Assembly: GCA_030704615.1 (NCBI GenBank) | Contig: CM060732.1 | Span: 8,680,001-8,744,000 of the forward strand | Direction: 5' to 3' | Length of the DNA: 64,000 nt | DNA from: Takakia lepidozioides | Lineage: Eukaryota > Plantae > Bryophyta | Shown: in pieces, positions 1 to 13,199 of the stretch | Layout of the letters: each line of letters opens with the position of its first letter | How positions within the stretch are numbered: position 1 is the first letter of the stretch | Notes under the pieces: model-generated | Database searches by the model: none | The model's input: only the letters and a program-made list of their open reading frames with translations | Told to the model about the DNA's origin: nothing | Program-made: the position numbers and the translations under genes

Positions 1-120
1 TGTAATAATAAAAGCAGAAGAGACGCAAAGTAAAGTAAAGAACCCTACAAGTAATTTATGCACACCAGCGAACCGCGAACTAAAAGCCATGAAAACACTG
101 TCGTTTCTAACATTCCTATT

Positions 121-410
121 GGGAATTTCGGCGCCGAAATAGCCCAGTGTGCGCCTTCATAATATGGGCCTTATAAAATTCCACGTAGGAATTATTGCAC
201 CAAAATATCACAATGGAAGCCTTCAGCACAAGGCACTTCAACACATTCCACTTGGGTATTTCGGCGCCAAAATAGCCTGCTCTGCGCCATAAAATACGCC
301 AGTATATCATATTTCAAAAGAGAATTTCGGCGCCGAAATACCCCAATGGAAGTCTTCAAAACACCACTTTACCACACTACTCTTGGGAATTTCGGCACCG
401 AAATACCCCG
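121..410. repeat. Cluster of GGCGCC-centred palindromes (ATTTCGGCGCCGAAAT), probably TE subterminal repeats
   Basis: Four copies at ~124, ~257, ~323 and ~389, plus a short direct duplication (ggaagtcttcaaaacaccactttaccacactac). Confidence 0.6.
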
Positions 411-1039
411 GTGGAAGTCTTCAAAACACCACTTTACCACACTACTTTTTGGGGGCATTTATAGGGCTGTATTGCCCTGTAGTTGACTATTTTCATTCTC
501 CTTGTGGTTGATAGTATGCAGGAGGGATCCATTATGTTTTCATGTTGGAATTTCACCATGTAATGAAGATTTTAAATCATTTAATTCACTTTCATTTTAA
601 ATAATAATATTAAAAATAATAATATTAAAAATAATAATATTAAAAATAATACCATTAAAAAAAAATTCCAATGCTGCAATCTCCCTGTTTTTTTAAATAT
701 TAAATAAAAACTAAAAAATAAAATATGAACATTAAAAATATAAACTATTTCGGAAAACAATCTTGATGACACGTGGCATCACTCTTGCTCAAACCAGAAC
801 ACGTGGCAGTATGTGACACGACATTCTTTATCCATATTTTCACCACGTGTAAAGATCCGTAGTCATATATGCTAGTCATATATTTTGTCTGTGTGCCACA
901 TGTCACATCTCAAGTGCAACAGGTGTCCCGCTAACAACTCTCCATGTAGACATCTTTGTAGTCATATGAGCGAGTCATGTAGTCACCACGTGTGAAATCT
1001 GCCATAGCACACGTGTCCCGCTAGCGCCTCTCCATGTAG

Positions 1040-1115
1040 GGAGGTTTGCTATTTCATGAGCATGAGCGGCATGAGCGGAGTAGTAAGACAATCGGTTTTC
1101 ATGAGCAGAAGTACA
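1040..1115 (+). mobile_element. Terminus of a Mutator-like element, same family as 45396-60473
   Basis: GGAGGTTTGCTATTTCATGAGCATGAGCGGCATGAGCGG closely matches the 45396 terminus and the reverse complement of the 60473 terminus. Confidence 0.7.
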
Positions 1116-1420
1116 AATTTCGAAAATAAAAAACAATAAAAAACAATAATTTAATACAATGTGTCAGGAAAAATCAATATATTATTCGGCCCCTTGAAGG
1201 GAAAATTGCAGTTCTGACAGTTGTGCTCATGATATTTCGTCTTCCGCTCATGCCAATTCCCAGCGACATGTGCAAATATGGCGCCGAATTTCGTGGTAAT
1301 AGGGTCCGTAACCTCAAAAAACGGCGACGTATTTCGCGATAATAGGTCTCTCTGGCGAAAAATGGTGCCGAATTCCGCGGCTATAGGTCCCCTCATGACA
1401 GGTAATTCGGCGTCATTTTT

Positions 1421-1710
1421 CCAGTGCATGTTCGGACTTAGCCAGTTTTCGGCCCAAAATAGAGAAATTCGGCGCCATTTTTCCAGACACTGTACCAGTG
1501 CATGTTGGGACTTAGCCAGTTTTCGGCCCAAAAAAGAGAAATTTGGCGCCATTTTTCCAGACACGGTACCAGTGCATGTTAGGACTTAGCCAGTTTTCGG
1601 CCCAAAAAAGAGAAATTCGGCGCCATTTTCCCAGACACAGGTACCAGTGCATGTTGGGACTTAGCCAGTTTTTGGCCCCAAAAAGAGAAATTCGGCGCCA
1701 TTTTTCCAGA
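1421..1710 (+). repeat. ~74-bp tandem repeat x4, each unit containing AATTCGGCGCCATTTT
   Basis: Units start at 1421, 1495, 1569 and 1644 (ccagtgcatgtt...). Confidence 0.85.
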
Positions 1711-1864
1711 AATGGCCCCACAACTGCTTCTGTTGGATCTCAGTTTGAATGGAATATTGCCTCATTCCAGGAGTTTTGGGGTGCATTTCATTACACTGCA
1801 AAAAAAAGTCTGATACAGCAAAATGCAATTGAAAATATCCATATGGAGGATTCCCTTTGCCCCA

Positions 1865-2845
1865 TCAATGATTTCTGGAATCCCTAAGGAGGAGTTTGTG
1901 CAGCTTGTTCACGCTCAACGCCGGTGCATGAATAAAGTCATCAATAGTCACGTTCATCCTCAACCTCTTCAGGTAAATGTAATACAGATGCTTGCACGGA
2001 TAATACTTTGAACCCTTCTTTGCTTCCATCAACGAGAAGTCCGTACAATTGCAAGTCGGCTCCACTCCAATCGTAATTGTGTATACATCTATTCAGAGCT
2101 CCGTGGACGTACCCCCACCCAGCCTTGGGCGTGTGTATCGGATGGCAACGGCCGGCTAGGCCTCTTCGCAGCAATGGTGTGTCCCGAAGGCCCTCTCGCA
2201 AGGCCGCCGCCCACTTCCGAGGATTCTTCGATCTAGAGGCAGTCCGCATCAGCATTTCCTGCCTGTCCGGCCCCAAGCCCCACTGTTTCCCTTTCAACAA
2301 CTCGTTGTACCTGCATTGCTGCATAATTGACCTCACAATGTCCTCCGTTGTGGCAGTGAGGATGTCCACCAGATGCGCCGCAGAGGAGGCACGCCAGGAA
2401 GTGTGCACTGATTCGGCCATGTTTGTCGTGGGCATGTCGGTGTCGGAGTCGAGACACATTTCCTGCACAAGCACATGTTGAGGTTACAAGCAAGTTACAA
2501 ATATGGCCAAGAATAATATTCAACGGGACGCGAATTCGTGCAACTCATCTCCCGCATATAGTCGCCGAACTGGAGGAAACGATAATGCCACCATGCTAGC
2601 CAACTGACCATTGCTCCCTCGTCTAATTTCCTTACAGCACCTGACAATGTCCACCAAGCCCGTATACATGCAAACTGTGTCTCTGCATCATCCAAGGTGG
2701 GAGCGCACTTCCACGCAAGGCACATGGAACGGTGCTCCTCTCTGAAATCTGGCGCCACGAGCCTGGTTGTGTACTGCGAAAGGCTCTGCAGAAAATGGAA
2801 CCCACAACCTCCACAATTGTTCTTGGAGCAAGCAAGAGTTTCCTG
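1865..2845 (-). pseudogene. MULE transposase C-terminal half with SWIM zinc finger (degenerate)
   Basis: CGFHFLQSL, WLAWWHYRFLQFG, TNMAESVH and PTCNCTDF...PCKHLYYIY; colinear with the 46238-48000 transposase, including the intron position. Confidence 0.8.
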
Positions 2846-2849
2846 GAAA

Positions 2850-3526
2850 GCCATATTCTGAGTGAAGGACCTTCTGTGGACAGGAAACTGGACGGGCCAA
2901 CCTCGGAGAATGTTATGGATCACTTCTCTACCTTGAGCTCACCGAACATTAGAAACCAGGTGAATGCATTGAGGATAGGCTCTGCTCACAGAGGGTACAT
3001 GGATAACATTATGGAATTGAAGCGAGGGAGCAGGTATGACTACATTCAAGAGTGTGTGTTCCTAGGTCAAGGGTCGAACGAAGTCTACCTTTTTAAAATG
3101 TCGACAACCGGGGAGGGCAGCGGAGTCAGTCTTGTCAAGCGCATGCAGAAGGGTGGCGATCTCCAGAACTGTTTCCTTATGTTTGATCTCAAGCGAATTT
3201 CAATGCAGTTCGCATTGTGTTTGAATCAGGAGATCCAAAGGTGCCAATGCCAGGAAGAGAGCGAACATGTATTTTCCATTGGACGCAGTCCCTGGAAAAA
3301 TATACAAAGGCAGACATCAAACCGGACATGCGGCCTATTCATCTTAGGCTATGCAAACAGTACAAAGATGCCAAAAGCATGGCAGAGGTGAATACAATGT
3401 TCCAGACAATTCGTGCCTTGTGGTTCTCATCTGGGGCTGCACCAGAAGACAGTATGAGAGCGCTAGAAGACTGGTTGGCATTTTGGCACTTCCGGTACAG
3501 ACAATGGGGAGCATGCATGACAACGG
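2850..3526 (+). pseudogene. Fragment of a second MULE transposase paralogue (opposite strand, frameshifted, internal deletion)
   Basis: YDYIQECVFLGQG..YLFKMSTTGEGSGVSLVKRM..LMFD; ERTCIFHWTQSL; WLAFWHFRYRQWG, followed by a GT donor. Confidence 0.75.
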
Positions 3527-6419
3527 TGCGTGATTTCGAAACGTGCAAATTTCATTGAGTTTGTATCCATTTCCAATCATGTCTGTTGTGGTAGGGTGTG
3601 CATGTCCTCTTTCTGATATATCACTACAACAGATGAGCGTTTTTATGACTGCACATATGACTATTTTTTCAGTCCTATATGCGTTCATGACTATATCACT
3701 CTGCAGTGAAAAAAGCCCTGTCATAGCGACTAGTCTTTAGGACTGCGTTTTGCAAGTCATAGCCGTGACTGCGTGCGTGGCACCTGGAGTCATGTTGTCG
3801 AGAGGATGTAGTCACAACTATATGATTTATATATGACTAACATGTCTACAAAGTATAACTCCATTGGAGAGGCGTCAGAGAGACATATGTAGCACTCCGG
3901 ATGTGACACGTGTCCACATGGACAACATATATGACCCACACGTGGGAAAGAATATCGTATCATATAATGCCACGTTGCCATGATGCAGTCATGAGTATAT
4001 AACTTCATGACTAAAGAGGTTTTTAATAATATTTTAATTTAATAAATTAAATCATACATAATATTTAGATTATTAATTGATTTAAATTCTCATTAGGTAT
4101 CTAGGAAAATAGAATGGAAGCCATTGTTGTCTTTTATTATTATTTTTATTTTTGTTAACAAAGAGGGACAGTGGGGATAGTGGCCTCTAGAACTTTATAG
4201 GTAATGGACATAAAATGTCCTTGGATACAAAGAGGAAAAATAACCTCTGGATAGAGTGCCATAGAGGCTGAAAGAGGAAGACACAGCTTCGCATACCAAG
4301 ACAAGAAAGAGTAGTAAGAAGGAAGGCAAGCAAAGAAGGGGGTCTGCATAGAGCTAAAGAATCTAGCAGGAAAAGAGACTGCAGCCAGAAACTACTGCCA
4401 TAACTTGGAAACAGAAAGGCACCGAGCTAAGGAGAAGAACTGAAAATCAGCTAACAATGTCATAAGAAAGCTGGGCCCTAGGCCTAGCCTTCCACTTCCT
4501 AAAAGATCTACAGATGGAGACACATCCCTGCAGGGGTCGTGCTCTTCAGCTCAAGACCAACCAATTGATCATCTATCCATGCAGGTTTCTTGTAGCTATC
4601 CTTCCACAGGGAATCATATGTAATCTGGAGACTGAAATCCGGCCCTCTTGGATGAATCTGGACCCATGCACTCTATCCCTGCTCCTTCAGCTATCCATGC
4701 CTCTGCACAAATCATGTATATATGTATCATGTATCAGAGGAGGAGAGAGAGAGAGAGAGAGTCATTACCATGTCACATTCCCAATCTCTGGGGGGAGCTT
4801 AAGAATACAGTTCGTAATCAAGTTCAAATAGCTTAAACAAGTATGTTGTAAGCTCAACAGGTCTTTGAGAAAACCATTCCAGCAGGCCTAAGAGTGAGAG
4901 CTTTGATGAAAACAATTCCTTATTACAGCTTTAAAGGACTTGTATGTTCCTAAAAGCACAAGCTGAACTGATTGTACTTCCATAAGTAGATACAGGGCTA
5001 TGGTATGTATCCCAGGGCCTTATCCAGTCACTCTGCCAAGTTTTAGAGAGATCCTAAAAAATACCAGTCTGTAATCAGGTTATAATCTCCATGGGGGAGC
5101 CTGAAAGAATGTATGTGTTATTAAAAAGGCTTACCCAATGCCTTACTTAATACATTCTAAACTGGTGAGGCATAAACAACACTGTCTGACTCTCCAAAAG
5201 GCCAGAAAACAGGTCTGGAAAAATGCATCCAATGTCACACTTGCATCACCAAACCCTTGTCATCACAACCAGCCCGAACCTTCACAATAAGGTCTGATTT
5301 CTAGGAGGCCCAGCCCATTTACTTCCCTGACTTAACAGATTTGGTTACCAAGAACCAGAAATCAAAGTAAAGGTTTAAGGCATATCCCCCTTGAAGCAGC
5401 TTTGAAGCATAAAATTGCAACAACGGCAGCTTGCAGCATATCTTATCCCTCCTACAGTAACCAGATCATCTGCAAGCCAAAGAGTTCATGCCAAGTGAAA
5501 TCCCTCACCTGCGCCCGTCCCAAAAACAAACACAAAAAATGTTTTGTGCGTTAGTGAGGATGCGCGAGGTGAATTACAGGATTTCACAGTTGCTATCCAT
5601 GTCAGGTATGAGCCATAAAGCATGCAAAGATCACAGAACCAACAGAAGAAAGCATAGATGTGACACCACAAAGAACCTCAATCTTTTGTGGAGTAGGACG
5701 CTGCATTGTTCATCATCTGAATTTGAATGAGCACAACAGAATGCAACGGGAGGAGAGTTGAGGACAGGTTGTATCTTGTAATACAGGCCGCTTCCCCACC
5801 TCCATAACCGCCGCTGCTTCATCAATGAGGAAAAAACGTAGGCAAACATAACAGTATGTCATTTGCCATCGCGGGAGATGAAAGTGTCTGCCGTCATCGC
5901 GCGTTCAAAAAACAAGAACACACCCGTTCGGATCTTGCTACTCGGGCATTCAGCCGCCATCGAGCATTCGTCCGCCATCGCCCTCTTCCAGAGAAAAAAA
6001 ACACGCACGATATCGTGCTGTGTCTAGGGCAGAGAGACACTTAAAGGAAAACCACCAGCGATTTCATCCACCATCCGGTATGGATGGTATCAGACCAAGA
6101 TGAAAAATGGGCATTCAATAGGTTTAAATCAAAGGAGCATAAACCTAAAATGCATTGAAATGCATATCTGCCTGTAAATCATCCAATTATGGTTATAACA
6201 GAAATTTCATTCAGTATGGATGAAACCTTAAAAACCCTCTTGGATGAACCTGGACCTCTATACCTGGTCCTTTAGCTACCCCTGTCTGTGAATACTTGCT
6301 GCTAGCAGCTGACACTGACGGCGTGAAGTTCTTCCAGCAAACCCCAATCCTAATTATTACAGTAGTTCTAATTCTAAATTGCATCTACTTCTCTCTAGTG
6401 TAGTCCAACATGCATTCAC

Positions 6420-6500
6420 CTTTTTGTCTCCATTGTCTCGCCATTGACTGGGGTCGGAAAAGTGTTCATTCCAAAGCTTCTCCTCATCTTTATTACCTGT
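6420..6500 (-). pseudogene. Possible isolated exon resembling the OSB (organellar ssDNA-binding) PDF-repeat motif
   Basis: DEEKLWNEHFSDPSQWRDNGDKK followed by a GT donor; resembles LWxxFFxxPxxWWDNRxxK. No partner exon found. Confidence 0.3.
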
Positions 6501-6859
6501 TTTGGATACTTTCATGCTGCCAAACAGAGCAAAACAGGCTGAAATAGGTCAAAGAAGAAGGTATCCTCACCACATTGTCCTTTACCTTGTATCATGACCC
6601 ATAGAGGATTTGACCGACCATCAGCCCAAAAGGACCCCTTGTGTGTGCTGCTTGTATCTGTAGTCAGATAATGTTGGATTGGTATGTGAGATCGAACCAC
6701 CACGGTGCAGCTGAGCAGGCAGAGATTGAAACACGGCCTGCTAAGACCAAGCTGACTCTCCCAAGAACGGCGAGCGTCTCCTCGTCTCGTCTCTCTCCCA
6801 AAAACGGCGAGCTCACAAGAATGTTGGGATCTTCTCCTCGTCTCCTCTCCTCCTCCTCT

Positions 6860-6965
6860 TCTCCTTCCTGCATCATTTGCTCAAGAGTAGGAAGGTCTGC
6901 AAAGCCTCCATCCCACGCCCCTGCATATCCTACGATCATCGCGTTCCATGACACAACATCAAATA
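6860..6965 (-). pseudogene. Single PPR-motif fragment
   Basis: DVVSWNAMIVGYA...LEQMMQEG within ORF 6664-6987. Confidence 0.4.
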
Positions 6966-8008
6966 GATGGTGAAACGCAAGAGACAAAAAAGCCTAAGTC
7001 CCAGCCCGGTGTAAAGTTCGGTGGTGTAATCTTAAACCGTTAGATCTTAAACAATCTAGACCGTTAGATCCTGTAAAATCTAACGATTCAAAATAATTTC
7101 CATCACATGATGTAACCTTGTAGAGGTGCGCTTCCGGGTTGGGAGTCAGTTTGTAAATAAAGCTTTACAGGTTTCATCGTTTCATCATCATTGGCCTCCG
7201 TCTTACCGCCTTTTAGGATCATGCAAGGTACAAAAAGGATGAGTGCTAGCTTCAGAAGGATTAACTCCTGAGTGCATGTCCATGTCATGATGTGATGGAC
7301 ACGGATGCTCATGAGCCCACAGGTGTCATGTGACACGACCCCCAACTGTCAGTAACTCAGCGTTATCAGCCAGCTATTACCGACAGCTGTGGGTATTTAC
7401 AGTCCAGTTCGTCTAAGCTTTGCCACGTGCCGGTGAAGGGTGGCATGGTAGTTGATTGCCGAGGCCAGTCATCTTCCGAACAGAGAAGGACGCAGCGATG
7501 GCGGTGGTGCTGTGCCCCACTTTGGGTGCGTTGCAGGCTGCTCGATCCAACTGCAGATATTTCTTCGTGCTTCAATCTTGGGGTGTAGAGGAGATTCCAG
7601 AAATTTTCAGTTTTCTGCTCTATACATTTAGTTTCTTGTGTGTGGTCCTGTTTGTACTGGGTGAAGCTCATACACTCAGTGCAGAAGCTGCTATGGAAAA
7701 GTACGGTGTTCTGTTTAGGTAGAGCAGAAAAATAGACTTTTTAAGTTCTAGAGAGGAAAGAAGGACACAGGAAAGTATTTAATTCGAAACTAGTACAAAG
7801 GAGGTAGAACGTTGGTTTGGACTTTCGTCATTTTAACACCTTCGAACAATCGACCGTGGGAGGTCTCGTCGATTCCGAAGAAACAAGGGAGAGGCCGTTG
7901 GAGTAGTGTACAGTGGTGTCGCTAATCTTGCTAGGTAAAAAAGAATATAGCACTTCAGGAGCTACCTGTTGTCCAAAGCTATAAGAGCTAAGATCTATGT
8001 TGGTACAA

Positions 8009-10395
8009 ATGGCGCGTAATTCGACGGAACCTTTGGTTGTGGGAAGAGTGATAGGCGACGTGATTGACATGTTTGTGCCAAGCGTGGATATGGCAGTTCA
8101 CTATACTTCTCGACAGGTATAGTGCTCAGGGCGCTGTAAGTTCACCCAGGAAAAATTGGTGATCATGAAGGGTTCTTTCCACTTGCTACTTGAAGTGCTT
8201 GGTGCATGCTTTATAGGCAGAGGACAGAAAGATTAGTTGCTATTGATGACGTATACTGAAGCTGCTTCAAGTTTATATACGTAGTCTTGACATATCATAG
8301 TTTACAAAAGAGCCACTCAAAAGATTAATGCATTCGGACATGAACTACTCAAAGCAACTTATCCGCTCTCTTATGAACTAGCTAGAGCTGTACACTAAAT
8401 AACTATCACCCCTATGACCTTTTTGCTTCAAGTCGTATCATATGAAAATTACATTATGCAATTTATTGGGGTGGACATGGCAGGTGAGCAATGGTTGTGA
8501 GATGAAGCCTTCCGCAACAGCGAAGGCGCCCAATGTGCAAGTGGCCGATCGCGATGGCGATGGCACTCTTTTCACCCTGGTCAGCACTCGTTCTGTGTGC
8601 CTCAGTCTTTTTTTAGTGTATCATTTCACAGGATAAAAAATTCAGTTCTTATACATCTCCAATGGTCTTCTGCGTCATTAGCTGTTCTAATGAACGTGGG
8701 GGTAGGTCCGAGAAGATCAAATTTACCAACAGACAGCAACCAGGTCTAGGAAACTGTCCATGTATGTGATTGTGTCGTGATCACTTCTCGGTCAATAATG
8801 GTGCATGGGGCACTAGATCCACGAGGAGTAGTAGAAGTGGAACATAGGCAACTTGCATTCATAGGCAACTTGCTTTCTAAGCAGGTCACTGGAAAACCTC
8901 GATAGCTAGGCCGGCAGTAATAGTCACTCACTTACTGCCCACAACAAAGCAACTCGCCATGCATGCACAGTTTCAACCCTAGAGTGTCACCGCTCATGGG
9001 CTGCCATTGGGTATAAATTCTGAGCAAGGCGTAGAGGGATAGTGTCCCAAAGCGACTTGTGTTTTATGGGGTCAATCTCTATGTCACCCTGATTCGCGCT
9101 TTTCTTCTTTGTATTTACGAAACAAGACAGCGGCCTCGTATCCTCTTAGACCTCACAGACCCATTTTCTGTAAGAAAAACCTTTGGTGCAGAAACTACTC
9201 AAGTGAGTACATTGTCAAACTGAAACTGCAAATGGAAACTGCAGTTTTGAGTGTCTACATGTATAAATCCAGCTTGGATAGTGCTAAGAAAACTTAACTG
9301 TCCTTTGTATCGATGGGTCATGGCAGGTAATGACAGATCCGGATGCTCCCAGCCCTAGCGAGCCCTCCATGAAAGAGTGGGTTCATTGGTATGCTTGCAC
9401 TACCCTCTCCTCTCTTCCATTCAAGAGGTAGAAAAACATTTGATGCAAATACGTGGATTGACTCACGAATCCGTTGTATATGTGAATCGATGCTAGATGA
9501 ATAGAACCAAACTCGCAGTATTGCCATTGTTGGTCATGTACATATTATTCTGGAGTGGTTGTGGCGAGCATTCGCAAATGGCCTTGTCGCGGAGCTGAAA
9601 GTCCGATATATGGGTCGCACCTGTTGGCATCCTAAAGATGCTTGACTGTACTCCATGCACGGAATCAACTAGCTAACTGTAGAATTTGGAAGATTTCATC
9701 TGGAGGAAAAAGTTCAACAAGAACTAGACGTACAATAAGGTCCTAGAGGCATTTTGTGTTGCAATATGTTGACCAAAGATCTCTGCTACAGAAGTTGTGA
9801 AGGTTGCCAGGTGGTGACAAAACTTTATTCGTGAGTGCAGGATTGTATCCGACATTCCTGGAGCTACTGATGCATACCAAGGTAAGCCCTTCTCTGCCAC
9901 TCTACTCCTCATATCGGTCGCTACCTGCTGTTTTTGAGGGGAGAGACATTGGCTTGTATGAGAGAGGTTGAGTAGTGATATTTGATGCTCTGATTTATTT
10001 TACTGTGTGGGTGAGGGAGATAAAAGGGAAAAATGAAAGGAAGCTCGGTCTCTCTCTCTCTCCAAATAATTCACGCTCTACAAAACTTCCAACCCCTTCT
10101 CCCCTGATTTCTCTCTTCAGGCTTTGGTTGGTTTAAGGATCGCATGGCTGCGGTTCCTGCTGTGACTGCAGGCAGAGAAATAGTGCCATACTTGGGTCCA
10201 CGGCCTCCAATAGGCATACACAGATACATCTTTGTGCTCTTTAAGCAGCCTGGCGGCTCATTACCTGTGACCCCCCCCCCAGCGCGGAACAACTTCAGTA
10301 CGAGAAATTTCGCTGAAGAATACGGCTTGGGTCTTCCAGTGGCGGCCACATACTTCAATGCTCAGAAAGAAACTGGGCACCGTCCTCGACGCTAG
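8009..10395 (+). CDS. MFT: MFT-like PEBP (FT/TFL1 family); exons 8009-8116, 8484-8579, 9327-9388, 9841-9881, 10172-10395
   Basis: MARNSTEPLVVGRVIGDVIDMF; DPDAPSPSEP; KEWVHW (Trp at the FT-Y85/TFL1-H88 site); PPIGIHRY; YFNAQKE. All introns are GT-AG, the canonical 62-bp and 41-bp internal exons are present, and the frame is open throughout. Confidence 0.95.
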
Positions 10396-13199
10396 GCAGC
10401 CGCAATGATATGGCTCCACTGAATGCCATTGGTTCACAACCTTTTCTACAGCAGTGGAGAAGCAGCTAAACCCATTCTTACTCCATTATGGATGGCCAAG
10501 TTATTGTTCTGCAAGCGATAGTACAGAGCGCGGCAGTGTATTTGAACAGGGAAGCTGGCAATCTCTCGTACATATACTCTGCAATGGGCGGATGCGCAGC
10601 TAGTCAGTCTCATGGGTAGTACACTTTTACTTCCATTCGAGAGACATCAATTACTGTACAATAATCTTCACCACAGTGGTGAATAGTCATGTAAGCCCAA
10701 TATTATATTGTACAAAAGCTCACATTGGCAAGGGCTATTCCTGAAGGTGAAAAAAGGAAGAGGATTGGAGCAGCCAATGGCGAGGGAGGGCACCTGTGTT
10801 GGAATGGGTAGTGAAGCCACGTATAGAGGCTAGCATAGAAGTAGGAGGGTGGGCCGAACTAAGGTAGGGCACCCTATTATGGATGGCTACATTTTAAACC
10901 TCTGTTACTTTAACATGTAGATGAGTTATACAGTAAAATTTTAACCACATATAAAAAAGTAAATTATTTCTCAACTCTCTTTTTTTTTGGATTTTTTTTA
11001 ATTTTATTACAAATATAATATGAATTTTTGAAGATAATGAGTAGATTTTCCTACATTAGACCTACAAAAGCTATAGTTTGGTTCTAAAAAATGTCTACTT
11101 TAAAATAATCCAAAGCCCATAGGAGTTTTTTTTGTACCATGGTTATGAGTTCCATGATTCAAGTGAAAGTCAGTAATAATACATATTTGGGTGAAAAATA
11201 GTGCACAATAATAATAGTGCGTGTTTATAGAACAGACGGGCAGGGTGTGAGTAACGGAGGGAAAGGTAGTGCAAGTTGGCCTTTGACCAATCCTGATTGG
11301 ATGCCATCTCACTCTATTATGACCTATTCCGTATCCTATTTTGAAGTCTTTGCAAACCCTTTGGGCACCGGTGCATGTTGTTTCTGTTCTGATGAACGCG
11401 GACCACTACTTGGTCGAACTAGACGGGCATGGCAGAACGAGCAAATGTTACCGATGTGCTAGGGTCGAGGGGGAGCAACCTCAGGAAACCAAAGAGGAAT
11501 GTAGATACTTACGCTTAGTGAACTTTTAAGAAATCGTGTTGCATCTGCACTGGCACCGACGTTTGTGCAAGCAGGTCTGGACAGATGGTATTGACGATGT
11601 GCACGAACTCTGGCTAGTTTCCTTGAATAGTGACGGGCATGGCTATGGAATGAACTTTTGTAGTTGAACGATGTGGAGAAGGTCAAAATGGATCACCTCC
11701 AATATGCAACTCCTTGGTTCTTGTGATGCTCTTGTCATGCCGTTGGAGTGAATGAAGCATGCTATAGGAGCAACGCTGGAGAGCTCAGGGTGTTTGGATT
11801 GGGGCAGAGCACGCCATGGAAGACAACAAGTGGTCCGTGCAGTTGCGGGAGTTGATGTATGTACTTCCCGACGTCTTTTGCATCTCTCTCAACAGAGGCC
11901 CATAGATGGAACAATATCCTGTTCTGCTGGGATTCTTCTCTAATACGCCATGCATAGACCCACTTCTCTCTTATGTTGTCTTGCTTGTGAGAGGCTCCAA
12001 TATGAAAGATTTTCCATGATGGAGTTATAGTAATAGCTGGGTTTCATGAAGACAAAGTTTGAACACCATGTGCACCCTTGTAGTAGAGTAATTTTGGTTA
12101 ATTGATTTTCTCCAACATAGTGTGATAAGTAGGGCAGAATCCACTCCGAATAGCCCAAAGAGGTTACGGTAATAAGAAAATGAGAAGTAAACAGGCCTGA
12201 AGTAATAGCTGAGAGAGAGAGAGTTAGGTAGTTAGTTAGTTAGTTACTTCTTAGAGGTTGGGGAAAGACGTGGGAGAAAGGCCTTGTGCATCTGGTATTT
12301 TTTTCTAATACACACATAATGGGAGGAATGTATAACCTCCTGCTCAGAACTCCTACTTCAAAGTTAGTGTCCAAATCTTTAAGGGTGGTTTTACGCTGAT
12401 CAGCAGCAGAGTCCTGAATTGAAGAACTAAGGAAAGAGAATCTGCATCTCAAAAGACAAATTGAGGAGTCAGGTGTTCAAGCAGTTATAAACATGCGGGA
12501 TGTCATTTTGCACAGCAAGCTTTCTCTCTTGTGGTGTAGCATGTCTGCCAAGTAGATTTAATGGGTTTTCTGGTGATTCTTGAGTCCAGTGAGAGCTTTC
12601 ACATTTGGTGGTGAAGTGTAGGCTGAGATGGCTGCAGAGACAGTACATAGAGAGCCAAGACAATCTGGCAACATTGATCAAATCAGGCAATGATCTTGAC
12701 TGCACCTTCTACAAGCACAGTTCAGCCTGTCTTACTCTCTTTTCAGAGTCGTCCATGTCAAGTTTTATGTTTGATTCTACAAGTGTAGCTCGTTGGGTGG
12801 ATCCATAGTGGTTAGGACTAATATTGTGGTTAGACATCATTCAATTCTATCAATATCATAGAGCACATTACAATATAGGTCAATACATTATCCTATAGGT
12901 CATTACACGATAGTCTGCCTGATAATGTGAACCTTATGGCAACTGGGAGATCACTACATAGGTGATAAACCCTACTTCGCAACAATTCAGCTTTCCTCAT
13001 CTTAGAATTCCATATTTGGGAATGATGGTCTTTTATGTGGAGTTCACACAAAGAAGTCTACCTTCTATACTCACTACATATCTGAGTTTTGTGCTGAAAG
13101 TGGTTCAAGTAGTGGTGGCAAGGTGGACAAGTCTCCTCCATTTTTGAGAAGTCTTCTCCTCATAACTTGTCTACGCTGATTTTGAATACACCATCCAGG

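Noticed and set aside
760-4020. GTAGTCAT/ATGACTA and CACGTGT-rich repeats at 760-1039 and 3600-4020 as termini of one element
   Set aside because: Probably TE subterminal repeats, but no terminus or TSD could be identified.
4150-5480. Possible highly degraded LINE on the minus strand
   Set aside because: Only a vague LADD-like motif; cannot be supported by eye.
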